Program-made: the position numbers and the translations under genes | Part shown: one piece after another, positions 48,095-55,993 of the stretch | Position numbering within the stretch: position 1 is the stretch's first letter | Layout: each line of letters starts with the position of its first letter | IMG/VR virus record: IMGVR_UViG_3300031519_004880 | Location: 1 to 64,000 of that record | DNA from: a virus | Lineage: Duplodnaviria > Caudoviricetes | Strand: one strand, 5' to 3' | Length of the DNA stretch: 64,000 bases | Notes under the pieces: generated by a model | The model's input: only the letters and a program-made list of their open reading frames with translations | Database searches by the model: none | What the model was told of the DNA's origin: nothing

Positions 48095-48726
48095 AAGTTT
48101 CTCCAGGGATAGGTTTCTTTCATATTCAGTCTTATAGGACCTTCTTTATGTATTTCAGGATCATAAGGTACAAATTTAATTGTAGGTGTAAATCTAGGTA
48201 AATCTTTAAAAGGTGTAGCTGTATGTAGTATGTTACTTTTAAAGATAATCATACGTCCTGGAATTGGGGGTATGGCAATAATATGCGGAAACACTTCCTT
48301 GCCTTGTTTATTAAATTCTTCTTTAAGATTAGTAATAAACTTAGTTTCGCCACCTTGGTTGATCTCCCAATTATTGTTTGCATAAAACATAAATGTCCAA
48401 GCATTATCACCTTCATCATCAACATGATAGTTTGCTAGTTCACGGGGTGCAAAAAAGTTTGCATGTGTTCTTTTTACTACTGATCCACTTACGCATGGAA
48501 CATGTTCTTCTAAGAACGCCCACAACGTATGAAATGTTTTTGTATTATCATATTCGCCAGTACTTAATCCTGTAGGCGGATGATCAATGTCGTCTACTTC
48601 ACCATACAAGTACGACCACGATTGAACGTCACGTACAAGTTCATCTAGCATAGGTGGTGAAAAAACATTGTCGTAAACTTTAATGTCACCATTTAGATAT
48701 TCTGAAATGTGAGGTTCATTAAGCAT
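48091..48726 (-). CDS. Prolyl-hydroxylase-like 2OG-Fe(II) oxygenase
   Basis: YHVD...TFMFY...W...GGET...PGRMIIF...LH...RFT. Confidence 0.85.
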   Translation of the reverse strand: MLNEPHISEYLNGDIKVYDNVFSPPMLDELVRDVQSWSYLYGEVDDIDHPPTGLSTGEYDNTKTFHTLWAFLEEHVPCVSGSVVKRTHANFFAPRELANYHVDDEGDNAWTFMFYANNNWEINQGGETKFITNLKEEFNKQGKEVFPHIIAIPPIPGRMIIFKSNILHTATPFKDLPRFTPTIKFVPYDPEIHKEGPIRLNMKETYPWRNL

Positions 48727-49147
48727 CTTTTAAATAATCCTTATTATCAATCCACTTGCCGTTTTTTAAAAAGCCCCAGCTTTGTGCTTTCTTGCCCATG
48801 TAAAAAAGACTCCAACATGCAATCTCATTGCCATCTTTATCTTTAGCAAGTTCTAACCAATGTAAATTTTTAGCAGTACGAAAACGAATACTTCCTGGAC
48901 CACGCCAAAACTTACCTTCTGGTGTATGTTCGTAGTATCCACCTTTAACAATTAATGCACCCCAACTCCATGGATGGTCGTGTAGTACAGGATTGTCACT
49001 AACAAGTACTTTGTGTAGTGTAATATTAAAAGGAAAGTTTTTACGGTCTTTTAAGAAAAGGTAGTAACGAATAAGGTAAGGAACTTTTCCTGCCCTATCT
49101 GTAATTACACGTCTACGTCCTAATAGATCCATTAACTTACTAATCAT
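48719..49147 (-). CDS. Cupin-fold metal-binding protein
   Basis: LHDHPW...GGYYE...LHWLEL...WSLFYMG. Confidence 0.7.
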   Translation of the reverse strand: MISKLMDLLGRRRVITDRAGKVPYLIRYYLFLKDRKNFPFNITLHKVLVSDNPVLHDHPWSWGALIVKGGYYEHTPEGKFWRGPGSIRFRTAKNLHWLELAKDKDGNEIACWSLFYMGKKAQSWGFLKNGKWIDNKDYLKDA

Positions 49148-49481
49148 TGTGGTTCGCTTTCCAATCGTCCTTAACTAAATCGAACAATTCTTTAAATCTT
49201 TCATACTGCAATTTAAGAGCCGGGTAGTGTTCAATCATACTTTTAATTTGATATTCACTAGGCCAGTTATTTTTATTATCGTAGATGTTATCGTATTCTA
49301 TACCATTTATTGTATGAGTACTTGTAATAGTTCCTGTGTCTATTGTCTGCGATGTGTCATACGTAAAAGTTGGAGAAAGATGACTACTTGCAATAGTTCC
49401 TGTACTTCCACCTATAGTTACTGTCATAGGTCCAAGCTCTGTGTTCTCTCCACTATTAAGTGTAATTGTATCACTACTCAC
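49140..49481 (-). CDS. Hypothetical protein
   Basis: T/S-rich N-terminus, helical C-terminus. Confidence 0.6.
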   Translation of the reverse strand: MSSDTITLNSGENTELGPMTVTIGGSTGTIASSHLSPTFTYDTSQTIDTGTITSTHTINGIEYDNIYDNKNNWPSEYQIKSMIEHYPALKLQYERFKELFDLVKDDWKANHND

Positions 49482-50535
49482 CTTTTACTCCTTTGTATAA
49501 AGCTGAACCATCAAAAAACTCTGTTTTTAATTTTTGTGTTTGCTTCATTAATGCCGGTAAGTATGTAGTATAGTTTTCCATGTAGTCAATTACTTTTGCA
49601 ACAACCATGTCTTTATGAGCATTGTAAGATTCCATTGACTCAGTCCACACACCCGGATATTTAAATTCTGGTGTTGACATTTCACTGTAGCTTAGTCTAT
49701 CTGGCACCATAGGCAATGCTCCTACAAGAGCACCTTCATACCAACTAATGCCAAGTGTTTCTTGCAGGTTAGCACTAAACACCATTTTAGCACGACCTAG
49801 TAAATTATGATATTCATTCTTTGTAAGTTCTTGTTCTTGACAAACAATAAACTCGTATTGCGGAAGTGCTTCTTTAAGATCTCTAAAAATCTCAACTTGC
49901 TTTTCAGGTGCAACACGATGCGGAAAGAGTATAATATCTTCCTTCGGCATACCTTTGTAACTGTCTAAACTGTTAGCAAGATACTCCATAGGCCAACCAA
50001 CTCGTTTCATTGATCTACGATCAAGTACTCCGACATCTTTAGCAAACGCATCTGCAAACATATCTATATGAAACTTTGTTGCAAAGTAATTATCATTGTA
50101 ACAGTTGTACATTGATAACTCTGCATGTCTTACCCACGGCTTATCGCCAATTAGCCTACCAAGGAAGTCATGAGGATCATAACTACCAGCATGCCAAAGA
50201 CCACCGACTCGGATGTCAATCCCAAGTAACTCAGCCATGTAACGAAGCTGGATAACAGTTGGGTTCCACGCATCCGTATATAGGAAATAATCTCCATCTT
50301 TAATTTCTCCATTAGCAAACAGTCTACTAATCTCCAACATTTGTTGCGACTTGTAGTTGTTAGTGCCTGCAAAGTTTAAAAATGCCCCAGGCGTTGTAGC
50401 CTGAGGCACCTCTCCTCCACTAATGACAGTAACATTGGCACCAGTTGCACGTTGCATTTGCTTTGGAAGATACTCTTTCCACTGCTTTGTATAACGTGTA
50501 TCTACTGCTTCAATGTCTACTATATATGCTGTCAT
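49474..50535 (-). CDS. GT-B (GT4-like) glycosyltransferase
   Basis: WHAGS, FPHRVAPEK, ETLGISWYE = E-x7-E signature. Confidence 0.8.
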   Translation of the reverse strand: MTAYIVDIEAVDTRYTKQWKEYLPKQMQRATGANVTVISGGEVPQATTPGAFLNFAGTNNYKSQQMLEISRLFANGEIKDGDYFLYTDAWNPTVIQLRYMAELLGIDIRVGGLWHAGSYDPHDFLGRLIGDKPWVRHAELSMYNCYNDNYFATKFHIDMFADAFAKDVGVLDRRSMKRVGWPMEYLANSLDSYKGMPKEDIILFPHRVAPEKQVEIFRDLKEALPQYEFIVCQEQELTKNEYHNLLGRAKMVFSANLQETLGISWYEGALVGALPMVPDRLSYSEMSTPEFKYPGVWTESMESYNAHKDMVVAKVIDYMENYTTYLPALMKQTQKLKTEFFDGSALYKGVKGE

Positions 50536-50753
50536 TAGTTACTCTTCCGTCCTCGGGTAAACGTCTTACCCTTTTTATTATTTTTACGATCCTTCAACTT
50601 GGAAGGGTCTTGAAAGAACTGCCACGTACGACTGTTCTTGTTATATAAATCTTTTTCATCAAACTTAAAACCGTAGTTACGACAAAAAACACGATACTTG
50701 TCCAGATCCTCAAAAATATTAACGATCTCGGGTTTTGACTCCCAGTACGACAT
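50535..50753 (-). CDS. Hypothetical protein
   Basis: 72 aa, coupled to the GT. Confidence 0.6.
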   Translation of the reverse strand: MSYWESKPEIVNIFEDLDKYRVFCRNYGFKFDEKDLYNKNSRTWQFFQDPSKLKDRKNNKKGKTFTRGRKSN

Positions 50754-50764
50754 TGCTTACTCCT

Positions 50765-51229
50765 CTAGCTTTTCGCATACTCAATGTGGGCACCGTTCTC
50801 TCCATCTTCGGAGACATCGATGTGGACTTCACGTCCAGGGTATTTGGCATTAATTTGTGTGTACAAATCATCAGCCATCATTTCACAACTTTTGTAATCT
50901 ACATTTAATTCGCCTTCATAAAGTTTTACAAGCCATCGTTTAAACTGAATAAATTCGATATCTCTGTCGTTGTGTGTTACAGTGATAGCGACCTTAAAAT
51001 GAAATATGTGTCTATGGGGATATCCCAAAAAACTAACATCATATTCATCACCTGTTGCAAGACTAGGATCCTCTAGTGCCGCAGGATATTTATGGATACC
51101 TTCTTTTGTAAAGTTTACCCAAATCATTCTCTTTGCATTGTTCATAAGCGTTACCTTGCTTTCTTCTTTTAATCGTCGAGCCATATAATTATGATGTGAC
51201 TCTCTTTGGTTAGTTGTACTTGTACTCAT
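50765..51229 (-). CDS. dpdL: T-fold QueD paralog; likely DpdL (predicted CDG decarboxylase)
   Basis: LGYPHRHIF fits LxxxHRHxF (DpdL signature as I recall it), DRDIEF, KSCE, SEDGENG; true start may be a downstream Met. Confidence 0.7.
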   Translation of the reverse strand: MSTSTTNQRESHHNYMARRLKEESKVTLMNNAKRMIWVNFTKEGIHKYPAALEDPSLATGDEYDVSFLGYPHRHIFHFKVAITVTHNDRDIEFIQFKRWLVKLYEGELNVDYKSCEMMADDLYTQINAKYPGREVHIDVSEDGENGAHIEYAKS

Positions 51230-51258
51230 ATTATAACATCTTTCTTACTCACTGTCAA
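51230..51258 (-). promoter_or_regulatory. Consensus sigma70 promoter for the dpdL-GT operon
   Basis: TTGACA-GTGAGTAAGAAAGATGT-TATAAT. Confidence 0.8.
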
Positions 51259-51754
51259 CCGGATTATCGTTACCGTAAGCTCTCCAATCCGTAAACTTAT
51301 CTCTTTGTAGCAGTGGATGTATATTGTGTACCCACACACCCGGATTAGAATGATCAAAGTCTGCATCATCAATCTTAATACAAGCATTGTAGTTAAGTTG
51401 ATTTACGTATGGCAGTTTAACACTAATCATACTAATAAAGTTATGATCCTCATTATACCCACTTTCAAGTATCCATTCATGATACTTTGCATCATAGTCT
51501 AATGTAACCAAAAATTTCTTATTAAGTAGTCCTTGTACAAGATCGTCCCAACTTTCTTTAGGAACAAAACTGTGGTTAGCACCTAAGTAAATGTGTTCAA
51601 CTGAGTGTTCTTTTGCTTTTGCAAGAACATCTTCTAATGGCTGACATCCTGTTACGAATAATGTATGCTCGCCTTCAGCAGGTGTTTTTTCTACTTCATA
51701 ACCTGTAAAGTATATAACATCATCTTTTACGCCGTCTGTATAATCTCTTTTCAT
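51245..51754 (-). CDS. Hypothetical protein in the deazaguanine locus
   Basis: 169 aa; GYEVEKTP...TLFV...HIYLGANHSF. Confidence 0.7.
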   Translation of the reverse strand: MKRDYTDGVKDDVIYFTGYEVEKTPAEGEHTLFVTGCQPLEDVLAKAKEHSVEHIYLGANHSFVPKESWDDLVQGLLNKKFLVTLDYDAKYHEWILESGYNEDHNFISMISVKLPYVNQLNYNACIKIDDADFDHSNPGVWVHNIHPLLQRDKFTDWRAYGNDNPVDSE

Positions 51755-51760
51755 ATTACT

Positions 51761-51789
51761 ATAATAGCACTAAAGTGACTTGTCGTCAA
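51761..51789 (-). promoter_or_regulatory. sigma70 extended -10 promoter; leaderless transcript likely
   Basis: TTGACG-17 nt-TATTAT with TGn, then 6 nt to ATG 51754. Confidence 0.6.
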
Positions 51790-52375
51790 GTGCTTTTCCT
51801 CCTAAATTGCCATTAAATGCGATTGATATACGTGTTTGGTTGCTCAAATTCTCTGTAACACAATGATTGATCCAACCCGGAAACGATACTAAGTCTCCAG
51901 CACTTGGCATTACTGTATATCGTGTTCCATTAAACGGTGTAGGGTTTGTAACTAATTTATAAGGTAATGCATAGTCCATTAATCCGTGTGGACTAATTAG
52001 AACAAGGTTTCCTGAATCTTTTGGTGCTTGAACATAATATACTGCTGACATAATATGTCCGGGGTGCATATGTACTTCGTGTGTATTAGATCTATTACTA
52101 GATGTATTATTAACGTTAATCCAGGCTTGTGTTACGTCAATAGTACAGTTGTCAGCAATACCTAATAGGTTAGCTTGTTTGTTAAACATGTTCTGTACTT
52201 GTAACAAAAGGGGTTGTAGTATAACGTTGTTAAGATCAAGATGATCACTTTGCCAGTTCTTTTTATCAGAATCTGGCATATAGAGGCCATTGCAGAAAGC
52301 AGTTAACGTGACATTGTCAACTTTGTCCGCATGTTCATACAAGAATGGCGTTGCAAAAAGCGACTCTGTATGCAT
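51770..52375 (-). CDS. 2OG-Fe(II) oxygenase (TIGR02466-like)
   Basis: AWIN...HMHP...SAVYYV...GDLVSFPGWINHCV...RISIAFN. Confidence 0.85.
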   Translation of the reverse strand: MHTESLFATPFLYEHADKVDNVTLTAFCNGLYMPDSDKKNWQSDHLDLNNVILQPLLLQVQNMFNKQANLLGIADNCTIDVTQAWINVNNTSSNRSNTHEVHMHPGHIMSAVYYVQAPKDSGNLVLISPHGLMDYALPYKLVTNPTPFNGTRYTVMPSAGDLVSFPGWINHCVTENLSNQTRISIAFNGNLGGKALDDKSL

Positions 52376-52385
52376 AGCTGTCTCC

Positions 52386-53915
52386 TTATAAAGTTTCTTC
52401 TAAAGCGTCTAGTTTATCTTCAGACATCTCTGGCTCTTCGTCAATTACATCAGAGTCACCAATGTCAAATAAGTTACCAAAGTGTGTACTTGCATTTACA
52501 GTTTTCTTACCTGTTGCACCACGTGTACCGATAATGGTCATAAACATCTTTGAATGATCTTCTATGATTTGTTCGGCTTTTTCTCTACTGTCAGTTGCGA
52601 ATATTGCGTCCACAACATCTTTAAAAAATACCCTGTCAAAACGCTCTTCGACAAGCATCTTTGGTACAACTCCATTGTCGTATTGTCTATTTGCTTCTTG
52701 TACTGCATTAATGTGACTCCATACATTATGACCCATTTGGATCGCATAGGAAAAACTATCCCAACTAGTCTTGCCTTCTTTACCTATCTTATTTAAGTCA
52801 CCTGGACCGTATATACAAACATCTTTGGTTTGCAGTTCAGTAGTAAGAGGACTGTCTTTAAAGCTCTTATGCTTGCCAGCACTAACAAAAGAAGTACTCC
52901 ACGGTGTTGTATCTTGTGAAAGTCCTTTGTCATCTAAACTAGGAACCATTCGATACACCCACTTTGATCTATCACCTGTTTCTAATTCACAATACACTTG
53001 TCCGTTTGCTGTTGCTAAAAATGGAGAAGCACAGTCAAATGTAATCATAAAGTTTTTGTTGTGATACTTACGAACTGCTCTTTGTACATCAGTTAGTAGT
53101 GTAGCCCATTCTAGTTTACTTGTACCTAAGAAGTGCATTACATCATGTAATCCTTCTTCAAGTAATCCGTCAAACCTTAATGCAATAAGTCTTTTCAATA
53201 CTAGATGAATATCACACATGTTCTGTCCACCCATTGACCACCCATTAAAATGATTGTCTGGATATACAGTTGGATCACAGTAATCTTTCATCTGTTGATA
53301 CCAATCTTCTGCATCAGCATGATTCTCTCCTTGTAACACATTAAGGAACTTACATGCTCCTGAACGATGTTTCATAAAGTAATCATTATTAATACGTGTA
53401 GCATCAACTGCTTCTTGATATGAACTAACACCTGTAGCTTTAACTCCTGCTGGGCTACGTGCTACCCAAGCTGGAATATCAAGTATCATACCATAGTCCA
53501 TGTATGCGTCCATCCATGCAAGAACTTGTGTACGTTTCTTCATTGCCTTAGGACAGTTAGGATCTTTCCAGTCACCTTCCCACACACCCTTACCAATTTG
53601 GAAACCACCTGAGTCACCAAGCATCCAACTTGTAGTACGATCTCTTTTTCGTACCATATCTTCTTTAGGTGCGTCTTTATTAATATCAAGTTCAGCATGA
53701 CCTGCGGAGTATAAACTCCAATGATATTGAAACTGACCATCTTTACGATTTAACCAGTTAAGACTTTCTACACCGTTTTTAAAGTTTGACGGAACACGCT
53801 TGTAGTCTACGTATTCGCCTCGTTGTTGTTTACCTACAAATGTAGCATAGAAGCCACTAAGTGCTGGTAAAAACGTTGCAAAGTCTTTCTGTTCTGCGGT
53901 TAAATCGATGTTCAT
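52386..53915 (-). CDS. dpdA: TGT-fold guanine transglycosylase (DpdA-like, DNA deazaguanine insertion)
   Basis: GDSGGFQ, MILDIP, NVLQG, WSMGG, HFLGTS, TFDCASP; lies between the clamp and dpdL. Confidence 0.85.
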   Translation of the reverse strand: MNIDLTAEQKDFATFLPALSGFYATFVGKQQRGEYVDYKRVPSNFKNGVESLNWLNRKDGQFQYHWSLYSAGHAELDINKDAPKEDMVRKRDRTTSWMLGDSGGFQIGKGVWEGDWKDPNCPKAMKKRTQVLAWMDAYMDYGMILDIPAWVARSPAGVKATGVSSYQEAVDATRINNDYFMKHRSGACKFLNVLQGENHADAEDWYQQMKDYCDPTVYPDNHFNGWSMGGQNMCDIHLVLKRLIALRFDGLLEEGLHDVMHFLGTSKLEWATLLTDVQRAVRKYHNKNFMITFDCASPFLATANGQVYCELETGDRSKWVYRMVPSLDDKGLSQDTTPWSTSFVSAGKHKSFKDSPLTTELQTKDVCIYGPGDLNKIGKEGKTSWDSFSYAIQMGHNVWSHINAVQEANRQYDNGVVPKMLVEERFDRVFFKDVVDAIFATDSREKAEQIIEDHSKMFMTIIGTRGATGKKTVNASTHFGNLFDIGDSDVIDEEPEMSEDKLDALEETL

Positions 53916-53924
53916 GTATATGTC

Positions 53925-54656
53925 CTATTTTGTTTGTGCTGGTAGAATATAATCGTATTGACCCATTCCACTATCAACACTCAATGCCATAGCACCTTGA
54001 TCGCTGATCTTCATAGTTACTTTACCATCAAGATTTAAAATAGCTTGTACTTGTGCTACAGGCCAACTCCACGCATGTTTTAGTTCACTACCAACATCAT
54101 GTTGGAATACAAATGAACCAGCATGTTGCGAAGCATCACCAAATGCAAATACTAAGTTACCGTCTTGTGTCTTAACTGTAAACGTAGTTTCCTCTGAATG
54201 TGCCGCACTCTGCAACTTCATTCTAGTAATACTTGCCATACTTGGATCAATAGTTACGTCCCAAGATGCACCTTTAAACTTTACAGTTTTAAGTTTCTCG
54301 TCGATAATTGCTTTGTTCATAAAGCGATAATCGTTTTCAAAGTCACCACTTGCATTTTCAAAGTGGATGTGTGTAGGAATAGTTTCACCATTACGTTCTG
54401 CTAGTTCAACACTAATCTTTGCTTCTTTCTGATATTCAGGATTCTTTAAGTGTAATGCTAACTTATCTAAGTTAGGCATACCAAAGGTTCCTTTAAATTC
54501 ATTTACTGATGCTTTGGTTGTAGCAGTAAGAATAACACTTCTGTCTTCAGCCATTGATTCGATTGTAGTTGCCGCATCTTCGCCAGTGACTTTAACAAGG
54601 GTTAAGAACCCTAACGAATGTGTATGTGCAACAACGTCTTGTAAGATATCTTTCAT
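53925..54656 (-). CDS. gp45: Sliding clamp (gp45/PCNA-like)
   Basis: About 243 aa two-domain beta/alpha pattern ending YDYILPAQ; near the polymerase; likely start ATG 54656. Confidence 0.7.
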   Translation of the reverse strand: MKDILQDVVAHTHSLGFLTLVKVTGEDAATTIESMAEDRSVILTATTKASVNEFKGTFGMPNLDKLALHLKNPEYQKEAKISVELAERNGETIPTHIHFENASGDFENDYRFMNKAIIDEKLKTVKFKGASWDVTIDPSMASITRMKLQSAAHSEETTFTVKTQDGNLVFAFGDASQHAGSFVFQHDVGSELKHAWSWPVAQVQAILNLDGKVTMKISDQGAMALSVDSGMGQYDYILPAQTK

Positions 54657-54678
54657 TTTAACATTTCTCCATTGATTG

Positions 54679-55449
54679 TTATATACTATTATATTTAGGT
54701 TCTTCTGAAAAGTCAAGCTCTTTCTTGTCTTTTAAGAATTTCATTAGCTCAATTACAGGGCTCCAACCTAAATCTCTTAATACTGATATGTCAGCAACAT
54801 TATCAGTCCGTTCATGTGGGGTATCCATTTTAACTTTGGGTGATACTCCAAATTCTTTAGTAATACTTTTGAGTGAGTTTGATTGACCAGTTCCGATGTC
54901 AATAATACCCTTTACATCTTCGTTTTTAATTAATGTAAGTATTGCACTTACAATATCGTCTACATGAATAAAGTCTCTTTTATGATTTGTTACGTGTGGG
55001 ATGTCGTTTCGTATTAATCGAGGTATAAACATGTTCGGCCTAAGTTTGCTGTTGTTACTATATATAGTCGTAAAACGCATGCCTAGACTTAATTGTGGTG
55101 CAATCCTTTCCATTGTATGTTTGGTTAATGCATAAGGATTTCTGTGAGGTTCTTTTGCAGTACTTGAACTAGCATATAAAATTCTAGTATTCTTAAAATG
55201 AGTAAACAATCTTTTAGATGCTAACACATTATTTTGAAAATACAAATCTGGTTCCTCAATACTCTTTAGTATTCCGCTTTGACCTGCAAGATGAATTACT
55301 AAATCAACATCATAATCTAATGAACAGTCTAGCAAGTTATTACCATCTTTTAAGTCAATACCAATAACTCTGTGTTCACCTGATTTAGTTAATGCAGGAT
55401 ATAGTGATGTACCGACTAACCCTTTATGTCCTGTTAGTAATATCTTCAT
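54679..55449 (-). CDS. NAD-dependent nucleotide-sugar epimerase/dehydratase (extended SDR)
   Basis: TGHKGLVG, HLAG, YASSS, YALTK (YxxxK), RDFIHVDD. Confidence 0.9.
   Translation of the reverse strand: MKILLTGHKGLVGTSLYPALTKSGEHRVIGIDLKDGNNLLDCSLDYDVDLVIHLAGQSGILKSIEEPDLYFQNNVLASKRLFTHFKNTRILYASSSTAKEPHRNPYALTKHTMERIAPQLSLGMRFTTIYSNNSKLRPNMFIPRLIRNDIPHVTNHKRDFIHVDDIVSAILTLIKNEDVKGIIDIGTGQSNSLKSITKEFGVSPKVKMDTPHERTDNVADISVLRDLGWSPVIELMKFLKDKKELDFSEEPKYNSI
54688..54716 (-). promoter_or_regulatory. sigma70 promoter with TAAATA fused to -10
   Basis: TTGACT-TTTCAGAAGAACCTAAA-TATAAT. Confidence 0.75.
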
Positions 55450-55991
55450 CGCGATTTTACTCCAAAATGTTTATAGGTTGATTGTACACACTTAGCTTGA
55501 TAGTAACAGTCAGCTAATGCGTTGTGTAGTTCTTCTTGTATTGCTTTACGTGGATCACTTGGCATCATAGCAAACAATGTTCTACTGTCTCTAATCTGCC
55601 AAAAGTTCCATGGACACGGTTTACCAACGCCTTTGTATAAGTTTTGTAAGATAGCATAATCAAACAATGGTCCTTGACACCAAAGTTGATCTACTCCTAC
55701 ACAAAATTTATTAATGGCCTTTGTAAGTTGCTCCATGTTTACACGATCTTCGTGTTCACCAAATGCTTCATCTCGTATTTCCGGCTTTTGTTTACCCCAC
55801 CATTCAAGTGTATTCTCATCAATAGTACGATGATACTTTTCACTTTGTTCTTCGATGTCGCAACGTAGATACAATCCTGAGTGTGGATCTTCATCTGTAT
55901 ACGGATCGAATTTAATAGCACCAAGTGTTATAATAACACTATCTGGCTCAACGCCAAGTGTTTCTAAATCTATCATTCCGTGTACAGCCAT
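55446..55991 (-). CDS. DEDDh 3'-5' exonuclease (DexA-like)
   Basis: MIDLET, FDY, HNALADC. Confidence 0.88.
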   Translation of the reverse strand: MAVHGMIDLETLGVEPDSVIITLGAIKFDPYTDEDPHSGLYLRCDIEEQSEKYHRTIDENTLEWWGKQKPEIRDEAFGEHEDRVNMEQLTKAINKFCVGVDQLWCQGPLFDYAILQNLYKGVGKPCPWNFWQIRDSRTLFAMMPSDPRKAIQEELHNALADCYYQAKCVQSTYKHFGVKSR

Positions 55992-55993
55992 TA

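Noticed and set aside
50765-51229. Annotation as canonical QueD
   Set aside because: It lacks the typical QueD CxxxHGH motif; HRHxF and SEDGENG fit the DpdL-type paralog better.
51227-51235. ATG 51229 as the true dpdL start
   Set aside because: It abuts the -10 hexamer and would lie upstream of the expected TSS; Met16 or Met29 is more likely if this promoter is used.
52386-53915. Ordinary tRNA-guanine transglycosylase (tgt)
   Set aside because: It is much longer and more divergent than bacterial Tgt, lacks the C-terminal Zn-binding CxCxxC motif, and sits next to the clamp and dpdL; a DNA-acting DpdA is more likely, though not proven.
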